Shown: in pieces, positions 1 to 8,679 of the stretch
Layout of the letters: every line of letters begins with the position of its first letter
Numbering within the stretch: position 1 is the stretch's first letter
Position numbers and translations under genes: made by a program
The notes under the pieces: model-generated
What the model was told of the DNA's origin: nothing
Database searches by the model: none
What the model saw: only the letters and a program-made list of their open reading frames with translations
NCBI GenBank assembly: GCA_045863855.1
Contig: BTVV01000118.1
Span: forward strand, 1-19,036
Reading direction: 5' to 3'
Source: Planctomycetota bacterium
GTDB lineage: Bacteria; Planctomycetota; SZUA-567; H5-PLA8
DNA length: 19,036 nt

Positions 1-1
1 C

Positions 2-589
2 TTCGACCGCGGCTCGGGCCATGCGTTCTTGCCGTATGGCTGACGCACACCGCGCATAGGACACCCGAACGTCGCGCAGGAGAAGTTGCCTAGCGCGAAC
101 GGCGGTGAGTCTTTCTTGTACGCGGCGGTCCTTGGTTACCTGGTACGCGAAATAGGTCGAACCGAAGTCGAAGATGGGGATTAGGGCGCGTATATTGAAG
201 CGATCGACCTCGACATCTTCGAATGCAAACGTTCCACCGCCTTGGCTGGAGACCAGCGGCTCGTTGTTGCGGCGGGTCGTCTTGAACTCCGTCGTGACCT
301 CCGGCAAAGCCCGAGAGAACGCCAGGCGTACCTCGTCGTCCTGTAACCTCGTCTCCAGGAGCTTCACCCTGTATTCGAGGTTGTTCTTCAGCGCGATCCT
401 CTCGCATTCTGAAAGGGCAAGCGGGTGGCTTGCATCGAGATGGAGATCATTCATCCGCGCACTAATGGTGGAATTGAAACGGTCCACCTCGTCAATACGT
501 TTCACTCTCGGAGCGTTGCAACCGGCCAAAAGCAGGCCCGTGAGGAACAGCACCCGAGCTGGGTGGACGGTTCTTCCTGAAAGCGGCAT
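2..589 (-). CDS. TolC/OprM-family outer-membrane efflux lipoprotein, N-terminal part (runs off the window edge)
   Basis: Not in the ORF track; translated by hand: MPLSGRTVHPARVLFLTGLLLAGC(lipobox)NAP...LALSECERIALKNNLEYRV...RALPEV...IPIFDFGSTY...QLLLRDVRVSYAR. These are typical OEP motifs. The ATG overlaps the tetR stop (TGATG at 591-587). Confidence 0.85.
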   Translation of the reverse strand, partial: MPLSGRTVHPARVLFLTGLLLAGCNAPRVKRIDEVDRFNSTISARMNDLHLDASHPLALSECERIALKNNLEYRVKLLETRLQDDEVRLAFSRALPEVTTEFKTTRRNNEPLVSSQGGGTFAFEDVEVDRFNIRALIPIFDFGSTYFAYQVTKDRRVQERLTAVRARQLLLRDVRVSYARCASAIRQERMARAAVE

Positions 590-1200
590 CAGCGCGCCCC
601 CAATCCGCCATATAGGAATGCCCAGAGAAGACGTAATTGCTCGCCAGGGTCCGTTTCCCCGTCTTCGGCGCTCCAACGAGCCAAGGTCGAGATGGTCACT
701 CCATGAATGAACTCAACCAGCTCTGCTGCAGAGATGTCGTCTCGGAACTGGCCTTCGGCTTGACCCTTCCTTACCACCGCTTCTTCCTTTCGTTTGAAGT
801 CCAGGTAAGACTCAAGTGCGTCGTCCCGCAGGTTGGAGCGCACATAAGCGCGTCCCCCCGGACTGGCGGTGTAGAAAAGACGAAAAAACGTCTTGTGGTC
901 GTTGAAATAGGAGAGAATCGCCTCAGTCTTACGCCTCAATTTGTCCAGGGGATCCTTACCCTGCTCGAAAGCTACCGTGAGCATTTCAGCGATGGCATTG
1001 GTATGCCTGGTCACCATGGCACTGTAAAAGTCGTCCTTGCTCTTGAAATAGAGGTACAACGTTCCAATGGCACAGCCGGCTTCCTCCGCAACGTCCTGCA
1101 TGTGGGTGTTCTCGTATCCTTTCTCACCGAAGACCTTCTCCGCGGCGAGAACGAAGGACTCTGCAACAGCCCGTCGCCGAACGTCCCGAATCGTCTTCAT
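589..1200 (-). CDS. TetR/AcrR family transcriptional regulator
   Basis: HTH motif AAEKVFGEKGYENTHMQDVAEEAGCAIGTLYLYFKSKDD and C-terminal GQAEGQFRDD. Start is ATG 1200 (MKTIRD) or ATG 1218. Confidence 0.95.
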   Translation of the reverse strand: MKTIRDVRRRAVAESFVLAAEKVFGEKGYENTHMQDVAEEAGCAIGTLYLYFKSKDDFYSAMVTRHTNAIAEMLTVAFEQGKDPLDKLRRKTEAILSYFNDHKTFFRLFYTASPGGRAYVRSNLRDDALESYLDFKRKEEAVVRKGQAEGQFRDDISAAELVEFIHGVTISTLARWSAEDGETDPGEQLRLLWAFLYGGLGAR

Positions 1201-1202
1201 GG

Positions 1203-1237
1203 ATGAAATTCCATTCATTTTATTGAATTCAAATTCA
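1203..1237. promoter_or_regulatory. Putative tandem TetR operator, two TGAA-N6-TTCA palindromes
   Basis: ATGAAattccaTTCAT (1203-1218) and TGAATTcaAATTCA (1224-1237), 20 bp apart, directly upstream of tetR. Confidence 0.6.
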
Positions 1238-1291
1238 TATAAGTGAGCCGTGGCGTAACGTCAACTGGAAAATGGGCTGGACCCAAGACCG

Positions 1292-1789
1292 GGGTGCGTA
1301 GTCGAAAAGTGGACCCCACAGGCGCGAAATAAAGAGAGGGCCTCGCACAAGGCTGCCGATTCTTTGGTTAGCAGACCAAAACCGACAGTGGAGCGCATTG
1401 CGATCGCGGGCAAAGACATGGGTTTTCAGAAAGCGTCCCAAAATCTCGAGCGTCTGGGGATTTTGAGCGTGGCGGCCAGCACGGTGCGCAAGGTCTGCGC
1501 ACGCCTGGGCAAACGCGTACGCGGCGCGCTGGATCGTGAAGCGGCCAGCCAGCACACGCCGCAAACGCCAAAGGCCGAAGAAGCCTGCGAGAATCTGGCC
1601 ATTGCGGTTGACGGCACCATGCTCGGACGCGTCGACCCGCAGCATCGGCGCAGGAAATCCAAGCGTGGCAAAGTGCGCGGCAAGACGAAGCTGCAGCACT
1701 TCTTCCACGAAGTGAAAACACTGGTGATCTTCAGTTTTGACAAACACGGCGAAGCCCTGCGCAAGACGTTCCATGCGACACAGGAACGA
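1292..1789 (+). mobile_element. ISKra4/UPF0236-like transposase remnant: possible left end plus an internal transposase fragment at ~1388-1789
   Basis: VERIAIAGKDMGFQKASQNLERLGILSVAASTVRKV...LAIAVDGTML...HEVKTLVIFSF matches the HTH and first catalytic Asp (xDG) region of ISKra4/ISLre2-type DDE enzymes. The N- and C-termini are missing. GGGTGCG at 1292 resembles a terminus (weak). Confidence 0.65.
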
Positions 1790-1990
1790 AAATTTCAGCA
1801 GCGACAGCGTCTACCATTATTATCGGTGCCGTGGCTCCATGAACGGGAGCACGGCATGCTCCAACAAGACGAAGGTCCGTGGCGAGGAAATTGAAGAACT
1901 GGTAATCAACCTACTTCTTAAGGAGGTCTTGTCGGAAAAGTTCATCTTGGACATTGCAGAGGAAATTGTTGCATTGCATCAGGGGGTGTT
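1790..1990 (+). pseudogene. Fragment of a large serine recombinase (second half of the zinc ribbon plus following helix)
   Basis: YHYYRCRGSMNGSTACSNKTKVRGEEIEELVINLLLKEVLS fits the YYxC...C...v...xIExxV pattern. No catalytic domain. Locally AT-richer. Confidence 0.65.
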
Positions 1991-2046
1991 TGCGGTTTCG
2001 GCGCTGAGGCATTCCTTGTACGGGAACGGGCCGTTTCAGAGGCCAA

Positions 2047-2955
2047 ATGAGCTCAACCTTGTTCGGATACAAAATCGAACCGCAGTTGGCGATCCACTTC
2101 ACCGGTGGAGGCCGACTGCAACTCGATGCTCCGGTTCCTCAACCCAAACGGAATACGGTCTGCTTTGTCATGTTTCTGGTGCTGAAAGGCGAATTGCGTC
2201 TCTGCGACGATCTTCCGGACGGTTCTGAAACGTATCTGGTGCGGGCGAACGAACTGCATCTCGTGGCGCCGGGTATCATCCAATACAGCACCGCGCCCTG
2301 CCAACCGGGCACTGAGATGTTGTGGCTGCATTTCAGTTTTTTCGAGATACCCGCCATACGGTATCTGGCCACGCGCGACGATGCGGAGCGGTGCCTGCGC
2401 GACATGCCTTCGTCGCCGTGCTGGCTGCTGCCGCGCCATCTGAGTCTTGCGGGCGAGTCCGGCATCGCGCGGCTGTGGCTGGAACTGCGGGACTATTCCC
2501 GGGTATTTGGCCTTGAGGACATGGGTTCGCATCAGATCTGCGGGCACCTGATCACGGCGCTGCATCGCGTCTTTTCAGACCGGCTGCTGCACGAGAATAT
2601 CAGGGGCAGTTCGCCGGCTACCTGGGCGCTGGTCACGCGCGCGCGCCGGTTCATGCAGCTCAACTATGCGAAAGGTATCTCGCTGGCGGAGGTTGCGCGG
2701 TTCCTGGCGGTCACGCCCGGGTATCTGAGCCGCGCGTTTCGGCGCGGGACGGGGCAGAGCCTGGTGGATTGTCTGCAGCGCATAAGAATCGAGGCTGCCA
2801 GACAACTGCTGACATCCGAACCCGCGCCGTCCATAAAGGAGATCGCTTGTCAGACCGGGTTTTCCTCTCCCGCCTATTTTTGCCGTGTTTTCAAACGTCT
2901 GGAAAAAGCCACGCCCATGCAGTACGCGGCGGAATCAGCGCGCGCCAGACAATAG
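2047..2955 (+). CDS. AraC family transcriptional regulator (cupin sensor + double HTH)
   Basis: ISLAEVARFLAVTPGYLSRAFRRGTGQS...RIEAARQLL...SIKEIACQTGFSSPAYFCRVFKRLEKATPMQY; N-terminal VLKGELRL...LWLHF cupin. Confidence 0.95.
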   Translation: MSSTLFGYKIEPQLAIHFTGGGRLQLDAPVPQPKRNTVCFVMFLVLKGELRLCDDLPDGSETYLVRANELHLVAPGIIQYSTAPCQPGTEMLWLHFSFFEIPAIRYLATRDDAERCLRDMPSSPCWLLPRHLSLAGESGIARLWLELRDYSRVFGLEDMGSHQICGHLITALHRVFSDRLLHENIRGSSPATWALVTRARRFMQLNYAKGISLAEVARFLAVTPGYLSRAFRRGTGQSLVDCLQRIRIEAARQLLTSEPAPSIKEIACQTGFSSPAYFCRVFKRLEKATPMQYAAESARARQ

Positions 2956-3101
2956 GCGCGTCCGATCAGTGCAAAAAAGTGCAAAGCAGGCCGGTATTTT
3001 GACACCAATCCATCCACGGCGGCCCTTTCGCTCAGTGTATGAATAGAGCGATGAACAGTCTGCAGGGACGAACACACTGTATTCCAAAAAGGAGATGCCA
3101 C

Positions 3102-3272
3102 ATGCACCCGCGAGTTCACCCCCGTTTGGTATGTCTGTGGCTGGTGGGAGCGCTGAGCGCGCAAGCGGGGGAGCCGGCAGCCGCGCCGGCCGAGTGGCCG
3201 TGCTTCATGGGTCCGGCGCGAAATGGTGTCGTGGAAGGCGGACCGAAACTGCTGCAGACTTGGCCGAAGGGG
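3102..3272 (+). pseudogene. N-terminal stub of a secreted PQQ-like (BamB-type) beta-propeller protein
   Basis: RBS AAGGAG at 3089, signal peptide (LVCLWLVGALSAQA), then EWPCFMGPARNG...PKLLQTWPKG. Homology stops there. Confidence 0.7.
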
Positions 3273-3544
3273 GCGGCGCCGACCTGGAACTGGGCGCGGA
3301 ATGGCTGCACAACCGGCTGGACCTGATCTGCAGCCTGCCCGATTGGGGTAATCCCTCGCGCGATCCTGCCTGGGACCGCGCGCGCATGTGGCGCGCGCTG
3401 ATTTCCTTATTCCGGCGTAAGTCCTTGACCTCGGACGGGGTGCTGGACCCGATTGTGGATTTGGACGAAGCGCCCGGCATGTTTATGTCCATCTACCGCA
3501 ACGCGATTCCGTCCGTGAAAATGGGAATCCGCTTTGATCGATAA
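3272..3544 (+). pseudogene. C-terminal stub of a zinc-binding alcohol dehydrogenase-like (MDR) protein
   Basis: GGADLELGAEWLHNRL...WGNPSRDPAWDRAR...LDPIVDLDEA...VKMGIRF* resembles MDR C-termini. It has no N-terminus and is in a different frame from the preceding stub. Confidence 0.55.
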
Positions 3545-3568
3545 GCGCTACGGGAGAAAGGTAAGGCC

Positions 3569-3740
3569 ATGAACGAGTACAATTTGGCACTCGGGCCTAG
3601 GACTTGTTGCGTCGCTCGCGCGCGCCGGACAACCCCTCCGTCGAGACCGACTGGCCGCAGTGGCGGGACGGACCGGCGCGCGACGGCGTTGCGCGAACAA
3701 GTCCGAAACTGCTCGACCAGTGGCCTGGCAGGCGGCGCGC
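3569..3740 (+). pseudogene. Second PQQ-like beta-propeller N-terminal stub, frameshifted
   Basis: RBS and ATG at 3569. With single-base frameshifts it reads MNEYNLALG/LGLVASLARA/DNPSVETDWPQWRDGPARDGVARTSPKLLDQWP/AGG. Confidence 0.6.
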
Positions 3741-4046
3741 TCAGGCGAGGCGGTTTTCCGCTTGGGCGGCAGTCTTTGCTGCTTGGGCGGGGCAGACTAT
3801 CCCGGCACGGACGCGGGCAAGGTCGCCCATTATCTGCTGCGTTGCGGCTTTTGACCATCTTCCCTGGCACTCGTCATGGGTGGGCCGTGGCGTTGGCGCT
3901 CCGATATGCCGGAGAAGCCCCTGGAGACATCGCCAAAGACCAATTCCTCGGGGCTTGGGCAGCGAAGGATCCAGAAGGCCGCCGTAAAATATGCGGAAAG
4001 CCCTGAGCACCTGATAAAAGACGATCTTCATTACAAGGAGTTACGC

Positions 4047-6026
4047 ATGTACTTCGTCCCCCTGGGTGTGACGCGTCTGATCAGCCTCGGTGTAGGCCTG
4101 TGCCTGCTGCCGCTTGTACTGCACGGGAGCGAACAGCCATACCCGATGCAGGATTGGGTTCCGCCGACAGCCTCGCAATGGACCAGCCTGCGCCATCACC
4201 TGCTGGACGCATACGGGCAGGCCCGCAAGAAAGACCCCAAGCTCGGTGGTGGGGTTCTCCAGGCACCGATGGTCAGCGTTGATCGGACCAATGGTTGGCT
4301 CTATGCCTTTCCCCAATATGGTGCACTGTGGCTCAGCACGGATCGCGGCCAGACGTTCGAATGGCTCAATCGAGAGGTTCGGGATTGGGGGTTCAATGAA
4401 TCGCCCACCAGCATGTGCATCAGCCCCGAGGGGTCGAAACTGCGGATCTTCTCGTCACAGCGCAGCGGCTTCTCCTTGGACGGGGGCAAGACCTGGAAGT
4501 ACATGAATTTTACGATCAATTTTGGCTTCGAAGACGGTCTCATCAACTGGGACGGGAAAGGCGACGGCAAGATGATCGTGGCCCGGTCGCATACCTGGCC
4601 GCATGCGCGGATGTGGTTCAGCCGCGATGCCGGAGCAAGCTTCACCGAATGTTCGCCAGAGATCACCAAGCAGATCAACACGCAGACCATGGCCTTGATG
4701 GATGACGACGTCCTGCTGTTCTGCCTAGATGCCCAGTACCCGTACTCCAAGCTGCTGCGCACCGAGGACTATGGCAAGACGGTCGTAGAAGTGCCGATAC
4801 CGGTACGCGGCGCTGACGGGAAGATGGCTCCGGGAACATTCCAGGGCTTGAGCCGGCGTTTCAAAGACAAGGTCTATTGGCTGCACAGCACCGGCGTCTA
4901 CACCAGTTCGGACAAGGGGCTGACGTGGACCGTGGTGGGCAAGCCCTTCCCGTCCAAAGCCAAAGGGGCCAAGGAGTGGGGGCCGGTACGCTCAGGGCCG
5001 CTGTTCGGCAAGGACGAGAACCACATGCTGGTGCTCTTCCTTAACACGGTCGTGGAGACGCTGGATGGCGGTCAGACTTGGCATGTGCTGGCCGAACTGC
5101 CCGTCTCTCTCACCTATCAACCGTGGGGCCACTCCTTCGCCTACGATCCGCTCGGGGATGTGCTGTACTGTAACAATCGACACCACCACGGCGGGCCAAA
5201 CCTGTTCGGTCGTCTGGCGCTCAAGCGTTGGGGCGATGTCGAGAAGGTGCTGCCGTCTGCGCCAGCGGGCATCCAGGCGAACATCGTGCGTGGTGGAAAC
5301 TGTGCTGAGCTCAGTTGGAAACCGTCCAGCGACGCCAGCGGCATCTACGCCTACTACGTCTATGTCGACGGCACCTTGCAGTACCGCACCGAGCAGCCTG
5401 GCATCGTCTTGTCGAACCTTGCCTGGGGTCAGGAACTGAAGGTCGGCGTGCAGGCCGTGGACGCCTGGCAGAACCGCTCGGCGGTGGTCGAGGTTGCCGT
5501 TCGTCTGGGTGCCAAACCCGCCCAGGCCACGCTCTTACAGGACCTGCCGAGGGCCACCGCCACCTTCGACGGTGCGCCGATGGACATCGTGACCGCGGCG
5601 GCAGACAAGCCCGGACAATCGTTGGCCTTCCGGATGGACGGCTACGAGCCGAATCCGGTCCCCGAATATGCGCGCAGGAAAATGCCGTATGGACTCGGTG
5701 TACAGGTCAAGAAGACCCACAAGCAGGGAGTGCTCGAGTACGCCCTCGATCAGAAATACACGCGCCTCCTGCTGGAGGCCGGCATGTACGACTCCCAGTG
5801 GGAGAAGGTGCGGTTGAGGATCCTGCTGGATGGCAAGGAGGTCTACGCGACCAAGCCGGCTAGTTACGGGACGTTGACGGATCACATCGGACGGAAGCCG
5901 GAGCCCGTCGATCTCGATCTCGCCAACGTGAAGACACTTCGGTTCGAAATAACGGTTACCGACGCGAAGCATTTGGGACTGGATATGGTGGTCTTGGGCA
6001 ACGCCATGCTGTTTGCCCGCGAGTGA
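4047..6026 (+). CDS. Secreted BNR/Asp-box beta-propeller + FN3 + NPCBM/NEW2 (CBM51-like) protein, putative glycan-active enzyme
   Basis: AAGGAG precedes ATG 4047 (the ORF-track start at 3876 is likely too long). Signal peptide; six Asp-boxes (STDRGQTF, SLDGGKTW, SRDAGASF, TEDYGKTV, SSDKGLTW, TLDGGQTW); FN3 (PSAP...LSWKPSSD...YYVYVDG...AVDAWQNRS); NPCBM (GLGV...YALDQKYTRL...LDGKEVY...VDLDLANVKTLRF...GNAML). Confidence 0.85.
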   Translation: MYFVPLGVTRLISLGVGLCLLPLVLHGSEQPYPMQDWVPPTASQWTSLRHHLLDAYGQARKKDPKLGGGVLQAPMVSVDRTNGWLYAFPQYGALWLSTDRGQTFEWLNREVRDWGFNESPTSMCISPEGSKLRIFSSQRSGFSLDGGKTWKYMNFTINFGFEDGLINWDGKGDGKMIVARSHTWPHARMWFSRDAGASFTECSPEITKQINTQTMALMDDDVLLFCLDAQYPYSKLLRTEDYGKTVVEVPIPVRGADGKMAPGTFQGLSRRFKDKVYWLHSTGVYTSSDKGLTWTVVGKPFPSKAKGAKEWGPVRSGPLFGKDENHMLVLFLNTVVETLDGGQTWHVLAELPVSLTYQPWGHSFAYDPLGDVLYCNNRHHHGGPNLFGRLALKRWGDVEKVLPSAPAGIQANIVRGGNCAELSWKPSSDASGIYAYYVYVDGTLQYRTEQPGIVLSNLAWGQELKVGVQAVDAWQNRSAVVEVAVRLGAKPAQATLLQDLPRATATFDGAPMDIVTAAADKPGQSLAFRMDGYEPNPVPEYARRKMPYGLGVQVKKTHKQGVLEYALDQKYTRLLLEAGMYDSQWEKVRLRILLDGKEVYATKPASYGTLTDHIGRKPEPVDLDLANVKTLRFEITVTDAKHLGLDMVVLGNAMLFARE

Positions 6027-6034
6027 CCGGAACC

Positions 6035-6200
6035 ATGTCTCGCCGCATCATCGCACTGTTGGTCATCGCCTCCATCCTGACGGCCGCCGAGCTTCGCTTG
6101 GATGCCATCGTCGGAGATGGGATGGTGTTGCAGCGCGGTTCGCCAGCTCGCGTGTGGGGGGCCGCCGATCGCGGATCGACCGTTACCGTGAAACTGGCTG
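6035..6200 (+). pseudogene. N-terminal stub of a sialate O-acetylesterase-family protein
   Basis: Signal peptide followed by ELRLDAIVGDGMVLQRGSPARVWGAADRGSTVTV, the family's characteristic N-terminal motif. Unrelated sequence follows. Confidence 0.75.
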
Positions 6201-6414
6201 CCGACCTCCGGCAAAGTAGGGGGCGCGCGCGTGGCGCAACTTGCCTTTGCCTCTGGCGTAAACGCCGCCTCGGAGAGTTGCAGGTTCACGCGGGAGGCCA
6301 GTGCCTGGGCTTTGTCGCGGTCAGCGCGGGCGATCGCCAGGCGGCAGGCGATGCGCCGGGTTGTCACAATGAGTGTGCTCTGGAAACATGGAAAACATGG
6401 GAGAGAGTAAGCAA

Positions 6415-8628
6415 ATGAAAACAGCCTTGATCCGGATCGTGTTCTGCTCGGAGAAATTCTGTGCTTGCATGCTGGCGGCGACGATCCTTCTCGCGCTGGC
6501 CGCGTTCGAAGCGCGGGCGGCAGAGCAGGGCGACGATCCGTACGAGAAGTACGTCAAGACATCGAAGGACTTCAAACGCGTCAAGCAGGACAAGGCTTGG
6601 GCGCTCAAGGCGTGGCCAAGCTGGGTCTACATGCCCTGGCAGGCGCCTCTGGGGACCGACGACAAGGCGGCGGAGTACTACAAGAAGATCGGCTGGAACG
6701 GCCAGACCATCGACTTTCGCGGCGGCACGGGGCGTCTCGGCTGGATCGAAAAACACAAGTTGCGTTTCTATGGCGACCATGCGGCCGAGAAGGGGTTTCT
6801 CCATCTTTGGGAAGGCGGTAGCAAACACCCGGAGATTTTCAATCCCGGGATGCGCGTTAAGCCGGTCAACCAGGGCATGAAGACGCAGCTTGAAGGGTTC
6901 ATTAAAGGGCACATCAAATCAGTGAAAGCCTCGCCGAATCGCCTGGCCTACATGTTGGATGACGAAATAAGCTGGGGCCATTTCTCTAAGCCGTGCATGT
7001 GGCAGATCACGGACGATCAGTCGGCGTTTCCCGCCTGGCTGAAGGAAATCTACGGCGAAGCCAATGCGCCGAAATATAACGGCTGGATGTCGTACGACAG
7101 CCTGCTGGGCAGATTGTCGGGATGGAAGGTCAAGGATTTCGATGCCAGCCAGTTGATGGACCAGTGGACGTTCAACGACTCGTACTGGAACAACTTCCTC
7201 GGCGACCTGGTCGAGTACGCCAATTCGATCGATCCGGACATTCCCTGCGGTTATGAAGGCGGTCAGGGAGCCAACCCGTTCGGCGGTTATGACGTGGCTA
7301 AATACATGCGCAAAATCCAGGTTCTGGAAAGCTACGGTGGCGGCGGCATCATCCGTTCCTTCAATCCGTACAATGCGCTGCCGATCGTCACCACCCATTT
7401 CTTCACGAGTGTGGACGACACCGTCTGGCAGTGCTGGTACAACGTGGCCCACGGCAACAGAGGGCAGATCGGCTGGGTGGAGAAGGTGCCCGACGACCAG
7501 GCAGTCGCGCGCATTGCCCCAAACTACCATGATGCCGCCGAAAAGATTGGTCCGCTGATGACGGGCGCTGAATGGATTCATGACGGCGTCGCGGTGTATT
7601 ACAGCCACGCTTCGATTCAACTGGGCTGGATCATGGATGCCCAGGCCCACGGCAAAACCTGGCGCAATCGCAACTCCGACGGCATGGGCGGCCAGAACAT
7701 GTGCCGCGAAGCCTGGGAGAACATGCTGAAGGACGATGGCCTGCAGTACAATTTCATCAGCTATGCCGATGTCATCCAGGACGGTATTCCCAAGGAATAC
7801 AAGGTGTTGATTCTGCCGAACATCCTCTGCCTCTCCGACGCCGAAGCGAAGAAGATCAAGGAATTCTGCAAGGCGGGCGGCACGGTCATCGCCGACTACA
7901 TGCCCGGTCTCTGGGACCAGCACGGCAAGGGACGCCCCACCGGCGGCGTGCTGGATGACATGTTCGGCGTCAAGCACGACCCCAACCTGGGCACGGCCGA
8001 TGTGTTCCAGGGCGGCGCGAACGGCAATCTTTGGGCGGAGACGAATCAGGACGCGCATTTCAACCAGTCAGGCGAGAAGTTGCTGAGCGACAATAAGTGC
8101 ATCCGGGACAAGTCCGGCTACAACAAGGCTGTGCGCAACATGGAGGTGTGCACGGTCGGCAAGTTTGGCAACGGCACGACGGTGCTGCTGAACCTCTCCC
8201 CGCAGTGGTACAGCGCCTATCGCGGCCGGCCGTATGCCGAGGCGGCGGCGAAGCGCGATGTATTCACGCAATACGTCAAGAAGGCCGTTGGCCCGCGCTG
8301 GGTCCAACTCGAGGGCGCAGGCGACAAGGAAAACGGGTACGAAATCACCTATTGGTCGCAGGGCGAGCGAACGATTCTGTTCCTCTGCTACAAGCCGGGG
8401 ATCACGGCAGGAACGATGGGCGGCGGCAATTCAGTGGGCCTTAAGAAAGACAAGATTCCCGTGACGCTGTCGTTCGCTCAACCGGTCAAGGAAGTCCGCG
8501 ATGAACGCGCCGGCAAGGACCTCGGCAGCGGCAAGCAGTTCAAGTTTGACTGGACCATGAACGAGGCGGTTGTCCTGTCGTTTGCCGGCGCGCCCGGCCG
8601 GGCTCCCGCCCCGAGCCCCGCGAAATAG
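6415..8628 (+). CDS. Secreted GH42-like protein with beta-galactosidase trimerisation (GATase1-like) domain
   Basis: VAVYYSHASIQ...LQYNFISY...YKVLILPNILCLSDAEAKKIKEFCKAGGTVIADYMPGLWDQHGK; a possible TIM-barrel acid/base in LDDEISWG. Signal peptide; GGAGAG precedes ATG 6415. Substrate unknown. Confidence 0.8.
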   Translation: MKTALIRIVFCSEKFCACMLAATILLALAAFEARAAEQGDDPYEKYVKTSKDFKRVKQDKAWALKAWPSWVYMPWQAPLGTDDKAAEYYKKIGWNGQTIDFRGGTGRLGWIEKHKLRFYGDHAAEKGFLHLWEGGSKHPEIFNPGMRVKPVNQGMKTQLEGFIKGHIKSVKASPNRLAYMLDDEISWGHFSKPCMWQITDDQSAFPAWLKEIYGEANAPKYNGWMSYDSLLGRLSGWKVKDFDASQLMDQWTFNDSYWNNFLGDLVEYANSIDPDIPCGYEGGQGANPFGGYDVAKYMRKIQVLESYGGGGIIRSFNPYNALPIVTTHFFTSVDDTVWQCWYNVAHGNRGQIGWVEKVPDDQAVARIAPNYHDAAEKIGPLMTGAEWIHDGVAVYYSHASIQLGWIMDAQAHGKTWRNRNSDGMGGQNMCREAWENMLKDDGLQYNFISYADVIQDGIPKEYKVLILPNILCLSDAEAKKIKEFCKAGGTVIADYMPGLWDQHGKGRPTGGVLDDMFGVKHDPNLGTADVFQGGANGNLWAETNQDAHFNQSGEKLLSDNKCIRDKSGYNKAVRNMEVCTVGKFGNGTTVLLNLSPQWYSAYRGRPYAEAAAKRDVFTQYVKKAVGPRWVQLEGAGDKENGYEITYWSQGERTILFLCYKPGITAGTMGGGNSVGLKKDKIPVTLSFAQPVKEVRDERAGKDLGSGKQFKFDWTMNEAVVLSFAGAPGRAPAPSPAK

Positions 8629-8679
8629 GGAGATTCCGCGGCGCCGATTCGGCTCGCAGGCGAAAAGGGATTGTATTCT

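Noticed and set aside
2962..2980. CCG-N8-AAAAA as a third copy of the element terminus (similarly near 18046-18064)
   Set aside because: No downstream similarity to the 160-bp repeat.
3004..3013. ACCAATCCAT shared with 11725-11734
   Set aside because: A single 10-mer match in 19 kb is expected by chance.
3876..4046. 57-aa N-terminal extension of the BNR protein
   Set aside because: A strong RBS and the signal peptide point to ATG 4047.
6919..8058. Long antisense/alternate-frame ORFs (e.g. 379 aa here, 174-710, 17246-17977)
   Set aside because: They shadow well-supported genes in high-GC DNA and have no recognisable motifs.
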